A stretch of 64,000 nucleotides of DNA from a virus (taxonomy: Duplodnaviria; Heunggongvirae; Uroviricota; Caudoviricetes). Below the pieces are notes generated by a model that worked only from the letters and a program-made list of their open reading frames with translations, was not told the DNA's origin and ran no database searches. Below, one piece after another: positions 56,482-64,000 of this stretch (the first letter of the stretch is position 1; each line of letters starts with the position of its first letter). The stretch is taken from the IMG/VR virus record IMGVR_UViG_3300045988_158233. The stretch is one strand, 5' to 3'. A program made the translations under genes and the position numbers.

Positions 56482-56501
56482 TAGGTAAATACTTACTTAA
56501 T
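56480..56501. promoter_or_regulatory. motif B-like palindrome
   Basis: gataggtaaatacttacttaat overlapping MTase stop. Confidence 0.35.
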
Positions 56502-56542
56502 TTGTGTAAGAATGTAATAACTAAACGATAAGAGAAAAACAC

Positions 56543-57247
56543 ATGAACAACCTCCAGTTAGAGCATTTTAACGTCACAGGCCATTCTGATTTTCCTTTCA
56601 AGTTTACATTGAAAGGTTATGCAGAGGATGCGGTAGGCCAGATCATTATTGATAAAGGCATCGTTAAGTTTGAGGGGGATTTTGATGAATCCGCGAAAAC
56701 ATTCATAGACTTCGTTGCCAAACGTTGGAGCGAGCAATGGAAAGACCTGGAAAAGCGCGCTAATGAGTTTGATCGGTTCATGGATGCAATGGATACAGCA
56801 AAAGAGGCTCTTGCTGCCGGGACTCCGTTAGATCTGGAGTCACTTTTCAACGGCGAAGTGGCCTCTGCGATGTTCGCCACCATGTTCGCGGGTGAGTTCG
56901 TCCGCAGCGGTGCCAAAAACTACCTTGAGCTGGATTACAACGTCCCTGCAATTGGCGATTTCGTCGTTACCATCCAACGCAAAGAAGGTAAGACGCCAGG
57001 TGAACGCGTCGCAGAGCTTGAGGCCGTTGTGGATCAGCGTAACGGAGAGTGTGACCGTTTGATCAACGAGCTTCATGCACTTCGGGAAGAAAGAATATGC
57101 GCGGGTAGTAATACACGTAATGCAGCGGATATCTACTTCCAGTTAGTTGAGGAATGCCAGATTCCACCAGGTGGCTCTCTTGTCGATTACGTCAGACATT
57201 TAATGGCGGAAGTTAACTCCAGCCATAAAGATGGTGAGGTGCGCTGA
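56543..57247 (+). CDS. hypothetical protein
   Basis: 234-aa ORF, first of tightly packed operon. Confidence 0.45.
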   Translation: MNNLQLEHFNVTGHSDFPFKFTLKGYAEDAVGQIIIDKGIVKFEGDFDESAKTFIDFVAKRWSEQWKDLEKRANEFDRFMDAMDTAKEALAAGTPLDLESLFNGEVASAMFATMFAGEFVRSGAKNYLELDYNVPAIGDFVVTIQRKEGKTPGERVAELEAVVDQRNGECDRLINELHALREERICAGSNTRNAADIYFQLVEECQIPPGGSLVDYVRHLMAEVNSSHKDGEVR

Positions 57248-57627
57248 TGTTTGGCATTGATGCACAGCGTATAGCCGCTTTTGCAAAAAGTCCTCTTGAT
57301 AATCCCTTGTCTCGTAGTGAGCAAATGGCGCTGGCAAGGCTTTTTCTTCACATTCAAAAACAGGCAGACGTTTTCAATAACATGCCTGATCAACCTATTC
57401 TGGATGGTCACATCCAGATGGTCATTAACAGTCATGAGAAAGGCTGGGCTGCAATCGTCCCCTGCACAATTACATACAAGTTGGCGAAAGAGGTTCAAGA
57501 GTTTCGAAAAGCCAGTGTCGAATCGGAGTCTACCAAAGCCGCAATAAACACTCTTATTCGCATGGGGTTCACATGGACCGGTGGAGCCTACTGGCAAGCA
57601 CCTCAACCCATTTTATCCGGCAATTAG
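57247..57627 (+). CDS. hypothetical protein
   Basis: 126-aa ORF overlapping previous stop. Confidence 0.4.
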   Translation: MFGIDAQRIAAFAKSPLDNPLSRSEQMALARLFLHIQKQADVFNNMPDQPILDGHIQMVINSHEKGWAAIVPCTITYKLAKEVQEFRKASVESESTKAAINTLIRMGFTWTGGAYWQAPQPILSGN

Positions 57628-57765
57628 GCGCTACAAATCCTTCTGCATGAATAAATAAAGGCCATAACTTATGTCCTTAAATAAATTGTTTTCTACCTTT
57701 TCTTATTTGTGAAAATAAACCAGCACTTGGTAGTGCTTATGTAACAGCAAAGAAGAGAAAAACAC

Positions 57766-58221
57766 ATGAGTAACAAAATCGAAAATCCCGTAGTTCTCAT
57801 TCACAAGCGCGAGAACCACGACTCCTATGCGGTGGCGATCACCAATGGGAGTCACGATTTTTACGATGGCCTGCTAATGGCCTCAGTGTCGCCTGATGAG
57901 GCAGACAACTCTTTTGCCGTCTTCGCTATGGTTGGTTACTACATGGCTGCCGAAATTGAGAAGTTGCGGGCGCAGAGAGACGCATTAGCGGCGGAGAATG
58001 CAGCCCTGAAAGAATCTGAGCGAGCATTCGATGCGATGTGTGCCGAGGAACACGGAGATAATTGGGTTAGCGAATTAACGGAGACTCCAGCAACCGATGC
58101 TTTTCTGGCTGAAGTACGTGCGCAGGGCGTGGAGATGTTTGCTGAGTGCGCATACACACTTGAACATCATGATCACGCAGTAGCTTTTGCCGCTGAGCTT
58201 CGTACAGGAGCTAAACAGTGA
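57766..58221 (+). CDS. hypothetical protein
   Basis: 151-aa ORF. Confidence 0.45.
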   Translation: MSNKIENPVVLIHKRENHDSYAVAITNGSHDFYDGLLMASVSPDEADNSFAVFAMVGYYMAAEIEKLRAQRDALAAENAALKESERAFDAMCAEEHGDNWVSELTETPATDAFLAEVRAQGVEMFAECAYTLEHHDHAVAFAAELRTGAKQ

Positions 58222-58784
58222 ATGAGATTTACTACCTGACGTTACGTGAACGTTATTCACCAAAACCAGCGCCTAAATGCTCTGTTTGTGGCGAGGAAAT
58301 GTCAATACAGCGCATATCTGGAGCACATGTTGTTTATGCCTGTTCCGGTGAGGGTGATGACGGATATTTTAAGATAGGGCGTACTTTTGCAGACGAACAT
58401 TATGAAAAATCACGCGTAACAGTAGTTGATGATAGTGATCCCGATGTGATTGCACTGCTGGACGAACTGGATAAAAGACAGCAACACATCCGACGTCTTG
58501 AGCAGGAGAACGTAGAGATGGCCCTAACGCTTGAGAAACTGCGTGTTGAGCTGGAGACCGTTAAACAGCGGGAAAAGGATCTGTTTATGGAAAATGTTCG
58601 ACTTAAGTCAGGTATAGCAGGTCTGATACACCTCGGTATTCGATATGCGGATGTCGAAGTCATGAAAATAGCTGGAGATGCCCAGCTTTCTACTCCCTGT
58701 ACTGACAGCATCATAAACAGTATTGCATCAGGCGTTTTCACCAAAGAGGGTCAGCATGATGAGAACAGTAGAAGTTCGCGCTGA
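58218..58784 (+). CDS. hypothetical protein with zinc-ribbon-like motif and coiled coil
   Basis: CSVCGEE...YACSGEGDDG, heptad-rich middle. Confidence 0.45.
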   Translation: MNEIYYLTLRERYSPKPAPKCSVCGEEMSIQRISGAHVVYACSGEGDDGYFKIGRTFADEHYEKSRVTVVDDSDPDVIALLDELDKRQQHIRRLEQENVEMALTLEKLRVELETVKQREKDLFMENVRLKSGIAGLIHLGIRYADVEVMKIAGDAQLSTPCTDSIINSIASGVFTKEGQHDENSRSSR

Positions 58785-58944
58785 AGATGTAACCCCAGGT
58801 GATGTGGTCATAACATCTAAAGGCAAACGATGTGCGGTTAAATCTTTCTGGATGAACGGTGAAAAAGTGACTCTGTTCGGTACGGATGGTTCCGAAACTG
58901 ATTATGACTACGACGAATTGCTTGTTGTTGAGAGAGCCACCTAA
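58756..58944 (+). CDS. hypothetical small protein
   Basis: 62 aa from ATG 58756. Confidence 0.35.
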   Translation: MMRTVEVRAEDVTPGDVVITSKGKRCAVKSFWMNGEKVTLFGTDGSETDYDYDELLVVERAT

Positions 58945-59480
58945 TGACCACCTTTACCAAAGAACAGTTAATCTCCCATGCACGCGAAAGCGTTAGTTAT
59001 CTGGAAGACTTGAAAGGACGTGTTAGTAAAGAAGGAGCGGACTGCAAAGTTGTTCATGAGATGGTTGAACGAGATCTAAAACTGGCTCGAATTGCACTGA
59101 CCTCACTGGAGGCAGAGCCAGTGGCGTGGCTGGTAACACTCACAAAAAACGATCAGGAATCAGTCTCTATTATTTACCGTGACTGTGCAGAGAAAGATAC
59201 ATGGGTTCGGATACATGAGTCACTCGGTTCTGTCGCACATGTTGCCCCGCTTTACATGGCGCAGCCAGAACCGTCGAAGGAGGAGAAAGGACGTTCAGTC
59301 ATCCAGGGTAAAGCCGATAATTCACCATTGCCGCGCTACCAGGTTATCGAATTAACAATGCTGGTTAAACAATTGGTCAGCCAACTGAAAAAAGCAAAAC
59401 CTGATTGCAAATTACCGGATAGGGCGATGGATTATCTTTTGCGGAACGGACTGCTAAGTGTGGAGGATGCCTTACGATGA
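58944..59480 (+). CDS. hypothetical protein
   Basis: 178-aa ORF overlapping neighbours. Confidence 0.45.
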   Translation: MTTFTKEQLISHARESVSYLEDLKGRVSKEGADCKVVHEMVERDLKLARIALTSLEAEPVAWLVTLTKNDQESVSIIYRDCAEKDTWVRIHESLGSVAHVAPLYMAQPEPSKEEKGRSVIQGKADNSPLPRYQVIELTMLVKQLVSQLKKAKPDCKLPDRAMDYLLRNGLLSVEDALR

Positions 59481-60064
59481 TTGAAATGACAAAAGAAGAA
59501 CTAACACAGGCAACAAAGGATTACGGAAAAAAGCACATCGCACATCGTATGGCGAATGTGTTACTGGCCTTGTCTGAACAAAAGCCATCTGCGTTTGTAA
59601 TGAAAGATGATTTGGCCGATCCGGCAATTGTTTCGACTCCGGCATATTTAGATATTGAGGATGCGGAACAAAAAACGATTGGGGATATTGTCGCGCTTTA
59701 TGCCGATCCCTTTCCTGTCATCGGCGACACTACTGCTCTTGTGGACGATATTTTAAACATTCTCGCGCTTCTTGAGGCTGGCGATTGGTCAGAACATTGC
59801 ACTAAAACGGAGTTAGGCGGTCGGCTTGAAAGAGAGATTACACAACTTATTGGTGATGCCCAAAATGATTTGTCACCTGAGCATCTCCCCTGCGATGTAG
59901 TCCTTGTGCCAGGGATGAGGATACACGAAGGCGTCAGAACGAAAACATTATTAACCGCATTACAGAGAAGAGCCGAACTAAGCTCGCGGATAAAGTTGAT
60001 GCCATCCAAAATATTTGATGTCGTCAAATTTACGCCATCGCAACATACTGAGAGAGATAAATGA
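59477..60064 (+). CDS. hypothetical protein
   Basis: 195-aa ORF. Confidence 0.45.
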   Translation: MIEMTKEELTQATKDYGKKHIAHRMANVLLALSEQKPSAFVMKDDLADPAIVSTPAYLDIEDAEQKTIGDIVALYADPFPVIGDTTALVDDILNILALLEAGDWSEHCTKTELGGRLEREITQLIGDAQNDLSPEHLPCDVVLVPGMRIHEGVRTKTLLTALQRRAELSSRIKLMPSKIFDVVKFTPSQHTERDK

Positions 60065-60693
60065 GCACGGTAGCGAAAGATCTCACAGAAGATATTCTCA
60101 ATGAAATTATTGCTGGTGCAAATACCTCGCTTGAGCAACTTCTTGCGTTAGCACTGAGAGCCGAACGTCGAGACAGAAATCGTTTTTATGAACGATTACC
60201 AGGGAAACGACCAGATAGATCAGATGAAGAAGGTTGCGATATAGACTACATGGAGCCTTCAGAGATTTATCAACTTGGTAAAGATGACGGCTGGAACGCT
60301 TATCACGATGCTGTGATGAAGTTGGATGAAAAAGTTAAACCTCTTTCTCGACCGGTAGATCACGGTTTCCGCGATAACTGCGAATGCTCTAGTTGCCAGA
60401 CCACGGCCCGTATTTGTTCCGAATTGACAGATAAGTCCAGCCTAATCTACGAAGTTAATGTAGGCGGTAATACATGGGTCGAATGCACAAGAGCTGCATA
60501 CGTAAGAGCAAAAGACAAGGGTGAATTAACCAGAGTTGTTGCCCATCACCCAAATAATGAGCTTAAAGATCACCAGATTAGAGAACTGGTGAATGAGTTG
60601 CGGGATATTGCGGTTCAGTACCACGGAACGCAGCAATTGCGGGAGAAAATTGCCAGAGCAGTGAACAACTCAATTAGATCAGAAAGTATGTAG
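60061..60693 (+). CDS. hypothetical protein
   Basis: 210-aa ORF with CECSSC motif. Confidence 0.45.
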   Translation: MSTVAKDLTEDILNEIIAGANTSLEQLLALALRAERRDRNRFYERLPGKRPDRSDEEGCDIDYMEPSEIYQLGKDDGWNAYHDAVMKLDEKVKPLSRPVDHGFRDNCECSSCQTTARICSELTDKSSLIYEVNVGGNTWVECTRAAYVRAKDKGELTRVVAHHPNNELKDHQIRELVNELRDIAVQYHGTQQLREKIARAVNNSIRSESM

Positions 60694-60900
60694 TCAATAC
60701 AATAAAATGGCCCCATTTGGATGGGGCCGGTAACAACTAGCATTATGGGCGCTGGTTGACGTACTCAATGATCGCTTCGATGATTGCGAACATAGGCGGC
60801 ACGATTTTGAAAAGTAAGTTAAGCACTATAGGCCTCACTTAGTTTTATCGCACCTAGCTGCAAATACCTTTGAGCTTGCCTTTGCAGTTGCAATATCTGT

Positions 60901-61093
60901 AGTCGCCAGATACTTACGGCACGATTTCGAGTTAAGGTAAGGTTTTAGAGTCACCAAAAACCTGGACTTAAATCTTCTTTGAGAACAACGATGTTTGGTA
61001 AATGGTCATTATTACCTAGCATGACGGCTCAACGTTTCTTGATGAATCCAGTACATTCGGTTAATCTTAGCTCAGTCGCCAGATACTTATGGC
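60901..61093. repeat. 20-bp direct repeat pair in non-coding region
   Basis: agtcgccagatacttacggc (60901..60920) and agtcgccagatacttatggc (61074..61093), 173 bp apart. Confidence 0.6.
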
Positions 61094-61126
61094 TCAGGAA
61101 CAGAGGCGCAAACTCTGTTTCCTTTT

Positions 61127-61160
61127 AAAAAGCCCAGCCTAGTCAACTGGGCTTTTTTAA
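61127..61160. terminator. bidirectional terminator-like hairpin
   Basis: aaaaagcccag-cctagtcaa-ctgggctttttt. Confidence 0.55.
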
Positions 61161-61453
61161 TGTCCGTTTTTAACCAAATGTACCCACAATACCGCAACAT
61201 CAGTGTCTTGCGAATTAAGATAGGATTTATAGAGACTATGTGCAAGTGCATAACTTTGTGGATAACTCGTAAAGGAAAAAGTGGTTTCCGCGGACATTAG
61301 TTCAGACAAGGAGTCTGGGAAAGTCAATGGGAAGTAAAAATTTGTTAAAAATAACGTTTGTTGGAATTGTATATATTTATGCCTTTCAATAGTTAGCATC
61401 TTATTAACATCTTTTTTAAGAGATAGAGTTCAAAAATATATAGCTTCAACATA

Positions 61454-61473
61454 TACTGTATGCATATACAGCA
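61454..61473. promoter_or_regulatory. LexA box upstream of umuD-prime-like gene
   Basis: tACTGTatgcatatACAGca = CTGT-N8-ACAG; 16 bp upstream of ATG, RBS aagagg between. Confidence 0.6.
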
Positions 61474-61489
61474 TTAAGAGGCGAGTATT

Positions 61490-61879
61490 ATGGGCTTCCC
61501 TTCTCCTGCGGCGGATTATGCTGAGAGCCGTATTTCTCTTGATCAGCAGATAATTAGACATCCTTCAGCGACCTACTTCATGAGGGCGGCTGATAGTCAT
61601 CATCGTGAGGGAATATTGCAGGGTGCATTGCTGGTGGTCGATTCCTCACTGACTCCTGTTGATGGATCTCTTCTTGTATGTGCTCTGGATGGGGAATATC
61701 GCGTAAAAAGATACCGGAAGTATCCACGTCAGCATCTGGAGGATTTAAGAACTGGTAAGAAGGAAGCATTGCCAAAGGATGATGATGGATGCACGGGCAG
61801 CAATGCCGTGTTTGGTGTGATCACTCACATTATCAACGACGCAAGAAGTGGCGAGTTTGATGATTGTCCTGTGATGTAG
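61490..61879 (+). CDS. UmuD-prime-like (HumD-like) S24 peptidase-family protein lacking the N-terminal arm
   Basis: Begins MGFPSPAADY (matches UmuD sequence from the Cys24-Gly25 cleavage site onward), retains DS (Ser nucleophile region) and VKR (Lys) positions. Confidence 0.7.
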   Translation: MGFPSPAADYAESRISLDQQIIRHPSATYFMRAADSHHREGILQGALLVVDSSLTPVDGSLLVCALDGEYRVKRYRKYPRQHLEDLRTGKKEALPKDDDGCTGSNAVFGVITHIINDARSGEFDDCPVM

Positions 61880-61891
61880 GAGAACTGTTTA

Positions 61892-61916
61892 GGTGGTGCA
61901 TTGCACCACCTTTTTA
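61892..61916 (+). terminator. rho-independent terminator
   Basis: ggtggtgca-t-tgcaccacc followed by TTTTT; abuts mrp stop codon. Confidence 0.6.
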
Positions 61917-63017
61917 TCACACTGCGCGGAATGCGATTTCGCCAGGTATTACTTCACCTTGCCAATACATTTGGGCAGCAACGCGATCTGCGAGGTCACG
62001 ATAAATAGCCGTAAATTCGCTATCTGGACGACTAATAACGGTTGGTGTTCCGTTATCCAGATCTTCACGAAGAGAGATATGAAGTGGCATTTGGCCTAAC
62101 AACTGCGTGTTGTATTTCTCGGCCAGTTTCTGTGCGCCACCGGTGCCAAAAATTGGCTCGTGATGACCGCAGTTACTGCAAATATGCACACTCATGTTTT
62201 CGACGATACCTAGTACCGGCACTTCGACTTTTTCGAACATCACAATGCCTTTCTTCGCATCGATCAGCGCGATGTCTTGCGGCGTAGTTACCACAACCGC
62301 ACCAGTTACAGGAATGTTCTGCGCCAGCGTCAATTGAATATCACCAGTGCCCGGCGGCATATCGAGAACGAGATAGTCCAGATCAGGCCACAGTGTTTCC
62401 TGCAACATCTGCATCAGCGCCTTGCTGGCCATCGGTCCACGCCACACCATTGCATTGTCGTCGGTGACCAGATAACCAATAGAGTTGGTTGCCAGGCCAT
62501 GAGACATGATAGGTGCCATGTGAGTACCGTCCGGTGAGGTTGGACGTTGGTTTTCCGCGCCCAGCATGGTTGGAATTGATGGACCATAGATATCGGCATC
62601 CAAAATACCAACTTTCGCACCTTCAGCAGCCAAAGCCAGTGCCAAGTTTACTGCTGTGGACGATTTGCCTACACCGCCCTTGCCTGAGCTTACGGCGATA
62701 ATATTCTTAACACCATTAATGCCTGGTTGGTTTTTGACGCGCTTAAGCGTGGCAATGTTGTACGACAGCTTCCAGTCAATAGCCTTTGCGCCAGTGATAC
62801 GGAGCAGATCACCACTACATTGCTCTTTCAGGTCTTCAAAAGGCTTATTCCACACGAAAGGCATGATTAGTTCGACATGCAGTGTGTCATCCATCAACGC
62901 AACATGGTGTAACGCTTTAAGCGTAGTCAGGTTGTGTTTCAGGGTTGGGTGCTGAAAATTAGCCAGCGTACCGGCTACCATTGCTCTCAGGGCATCCGGC
63001 GATTTGGACTCGCTCAT
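61917..63017 (-). CDS. apbC: iron-sulfur cluster carrier ATPase Mrp/ApbC
   Basis: Full-length match by eye to E. coli Mrp: deviant Walker A SGKGGVGKSST, CSNCGHH motif. Confidence 0.9.
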   Translation of the reverse strand: MSESKSPDALRAMVAGTLANFQHPTLKHNLTTLKALHHVALMDDTLHVELIMPFVWNKPFEDLKEQCSGDLLRITGAKAIDWKLSYNIATLKRVKNQPGINGVKNIIAVSSGKGGVGKSSTAVNLALALAAEGAKVGILDADIYGPSIPTMLGAENQRPTSPDGTHMAPIMSHGLATNSIGYLVTDDNAMVWRGPMASKALMQMLQETLWPDLDYLVLDMPPGTGDIQLTLAQNIPVTGAVVVTTPQDIALIDAKKGIVMFEKVEVPVLGIVENMSVHICSNCGHHEPIFGTGGAQKLAEKYNTQLLGQMPLHISLREDLDNGTPTVISRPDSEFTAIYRDLADRVAAQMYWQGEVIPGEIAFRAV

Positions 63018-63174
63018 CCCGTCTCCTTTATTTTAATTTGCGCAATTGTCGCCTTGTAGTGTACTCCAGCTACGACATTTAATCATTTATGAGAAATGCT
63101 GTTATCACATGGCAGACATAAGGCCATTTTGTTACTATCAAGCCCCTTTTCACTACAAAGAAGTAATGCCTACT

Positions 63175-64000
63175 ATGACCCAAGTCGCGAAGAAAATTCT
63201 GGTGACGTGCGCGCTGCCGTACGCTAACGGCTCAATCCACCTCGGCCATATGCTGGAGCACATCCAGGCTGATGTCTGGGTTCGTTACCAGCGAATGCGC
63301 GGCCACGAGGTTAATTTCATCTGTGCCGACGATGCCCACGGTACGCCGATCATGCTGAAAGCACAGCAGCTTGGTATCACACCGGAGCAGATGATTGGCG
63401 AAATGAGTCAGGAACACCAGACTGATTTCGCAGGCTTTAACATCAGCTATGACAACTATCACTCGACGCACAGCGAAGAGAACCGTCAGTTGTCTGAGCT
63501 TATCTATACTCGCCTGAAAGAGAACGGTTTTATTAAAAACCGCACTATCTCTCAGTTGTACGACCCGGAAAAAGGCATGTTCCTGCCGGATCGTTTTGTA
63601 AAAGGCACCTGCCCGAAATGTAAAGCGCCAGATCAATACGGCGATAACTGTGAAGTCTGCGGCGCAACATATAGCCCGACTGAATTGATCGAGCCGAAAT
63701 CGGTGGTTTCTGGCGCTACCCCGGTAATGCGTGATTCCGAACACTTCTTCTTTGATCTGCCTTCTTTCAGCGAAATGTTGCAGGCATGGACCCGCAGCGG
63801 CGCGTTGCAGGAGCAGGTGGCGAACAAAATGCAGGAATGGTTTGAATCCGGCCTGCAACAGTGGGATATCTCCCGAGATGCGCCTTACTTCGGTTTTGAA
63901 ATTCCGAACGCGCCGGGCAAATATTTCTACGTCTGGCTGGACGCGCCGATTGGCTACATGGGTTCCTTCAAGAATCTGTGCGACAAGCGCGGCGATACCA
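63175..64000 (+). CDS. metG: methionyl-tRNA synthetase (5' part; continues beyond window)
   Basis: N-terminus [35 protein letters not shown] with HLGH motif and zinc knuckle CPKC...CEVCG. Confidence 0.9.
   Translation, partial: MTQVAKKILVTCALPYANGSIHLGHMLEHIQADVWVRYQRMRGHEVNFICADDAHGTPIMLKAQQLGITPEQMIGEMSQEHQTDFAGFNISYDNYHSTHSEENRQLSELIYTRLKENGFIKNRTISQLYDPEKGMFLPDRFVKGTCPKCKAPDQYGDNCEVCGATYSPTELIEPKSVVSGATPVMRDSEHFFFDLPSFSEMLQAWTRSGALQEQVANKMQEWFESGLQQWDISRDAPYFGFEIPNAPGKYFYVWLDAPIGYMGSFKNLCDKRGDT

Noticed and set aside
61157-61399. 80-aa minus-strand ORF between terminator and UmuD-prime-like gene
   Set aside because: AT-rich promoter-like region, no RBS, no motif; probably non-coding.
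1-61900. Strictly lytic T4/T5-like phage genome segment
   Set aside because: ParA partition, an iteron replicon, an integrase and the absence of structural genes fit a plasmid-prophage lifestyle better.
63232-63858. 208-aa minus-strand ORF
   Set aside because: Lies entirely antisense within metG, whose plus-strand frame shows canonical MetRS motifs; treated as spurious.

Overview
Most of this 64-kb window (about 1 to 61.9 kb) looks like a phage-plasmid-type element rather than ordinary chromosome; the last ~2 kb is E. coli-type core DNA (mrp/apbC on the minus strand, then the 5' part of metG). The element carries a ParA partition module, a P1-like iteron replicon (repA flanked by 15-bp iterons plus a GATC-rich origin with a DnaA-box-like site), and a T4-like DNA replication, recombination and nucleotide-metabolism set: DnaB-like helicase, primase, ATP-dependent ligase, DnaE-family polymerase, DnaQ-like exonuclease, SSB-like protein, flap endonuclease, RecA-like recombinase, SbcCD-like nuclease, RuvC-like resolvase, NrdA/NrdB, ThyA, DHFR, glutaredoxin, RNase HI. 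It also has a CobT/CobS-like vWA plus AAA pair, two orphan DNA methyltransferases, a P4-type tyrosine integrase with a LexA box, a UmuD-prime/HumD-like gene with a LexA box, four tRNAs and many unknown ORFs. No capsid, tail or lysis genes and no CRISPR array are visible. The gene content recalls P1 and SSU5/pHCM2-type phage-plasmids, from memory only. I did not find one clearly defined novel system; the strongest leads are an nrdA gene interrupted by a 44-nt repeat-flanked segment, two dispersed palindromic motif families (one sitting at the start of an XRE-type regulator gene), two AT-rich opposite-strand insert genes, and a 520-bp structured non-coding region just upstream of RNase HI. All calls come from reading the sequence and ORF translations; no database search was run and short-motif coordinates may be off by a few bases.
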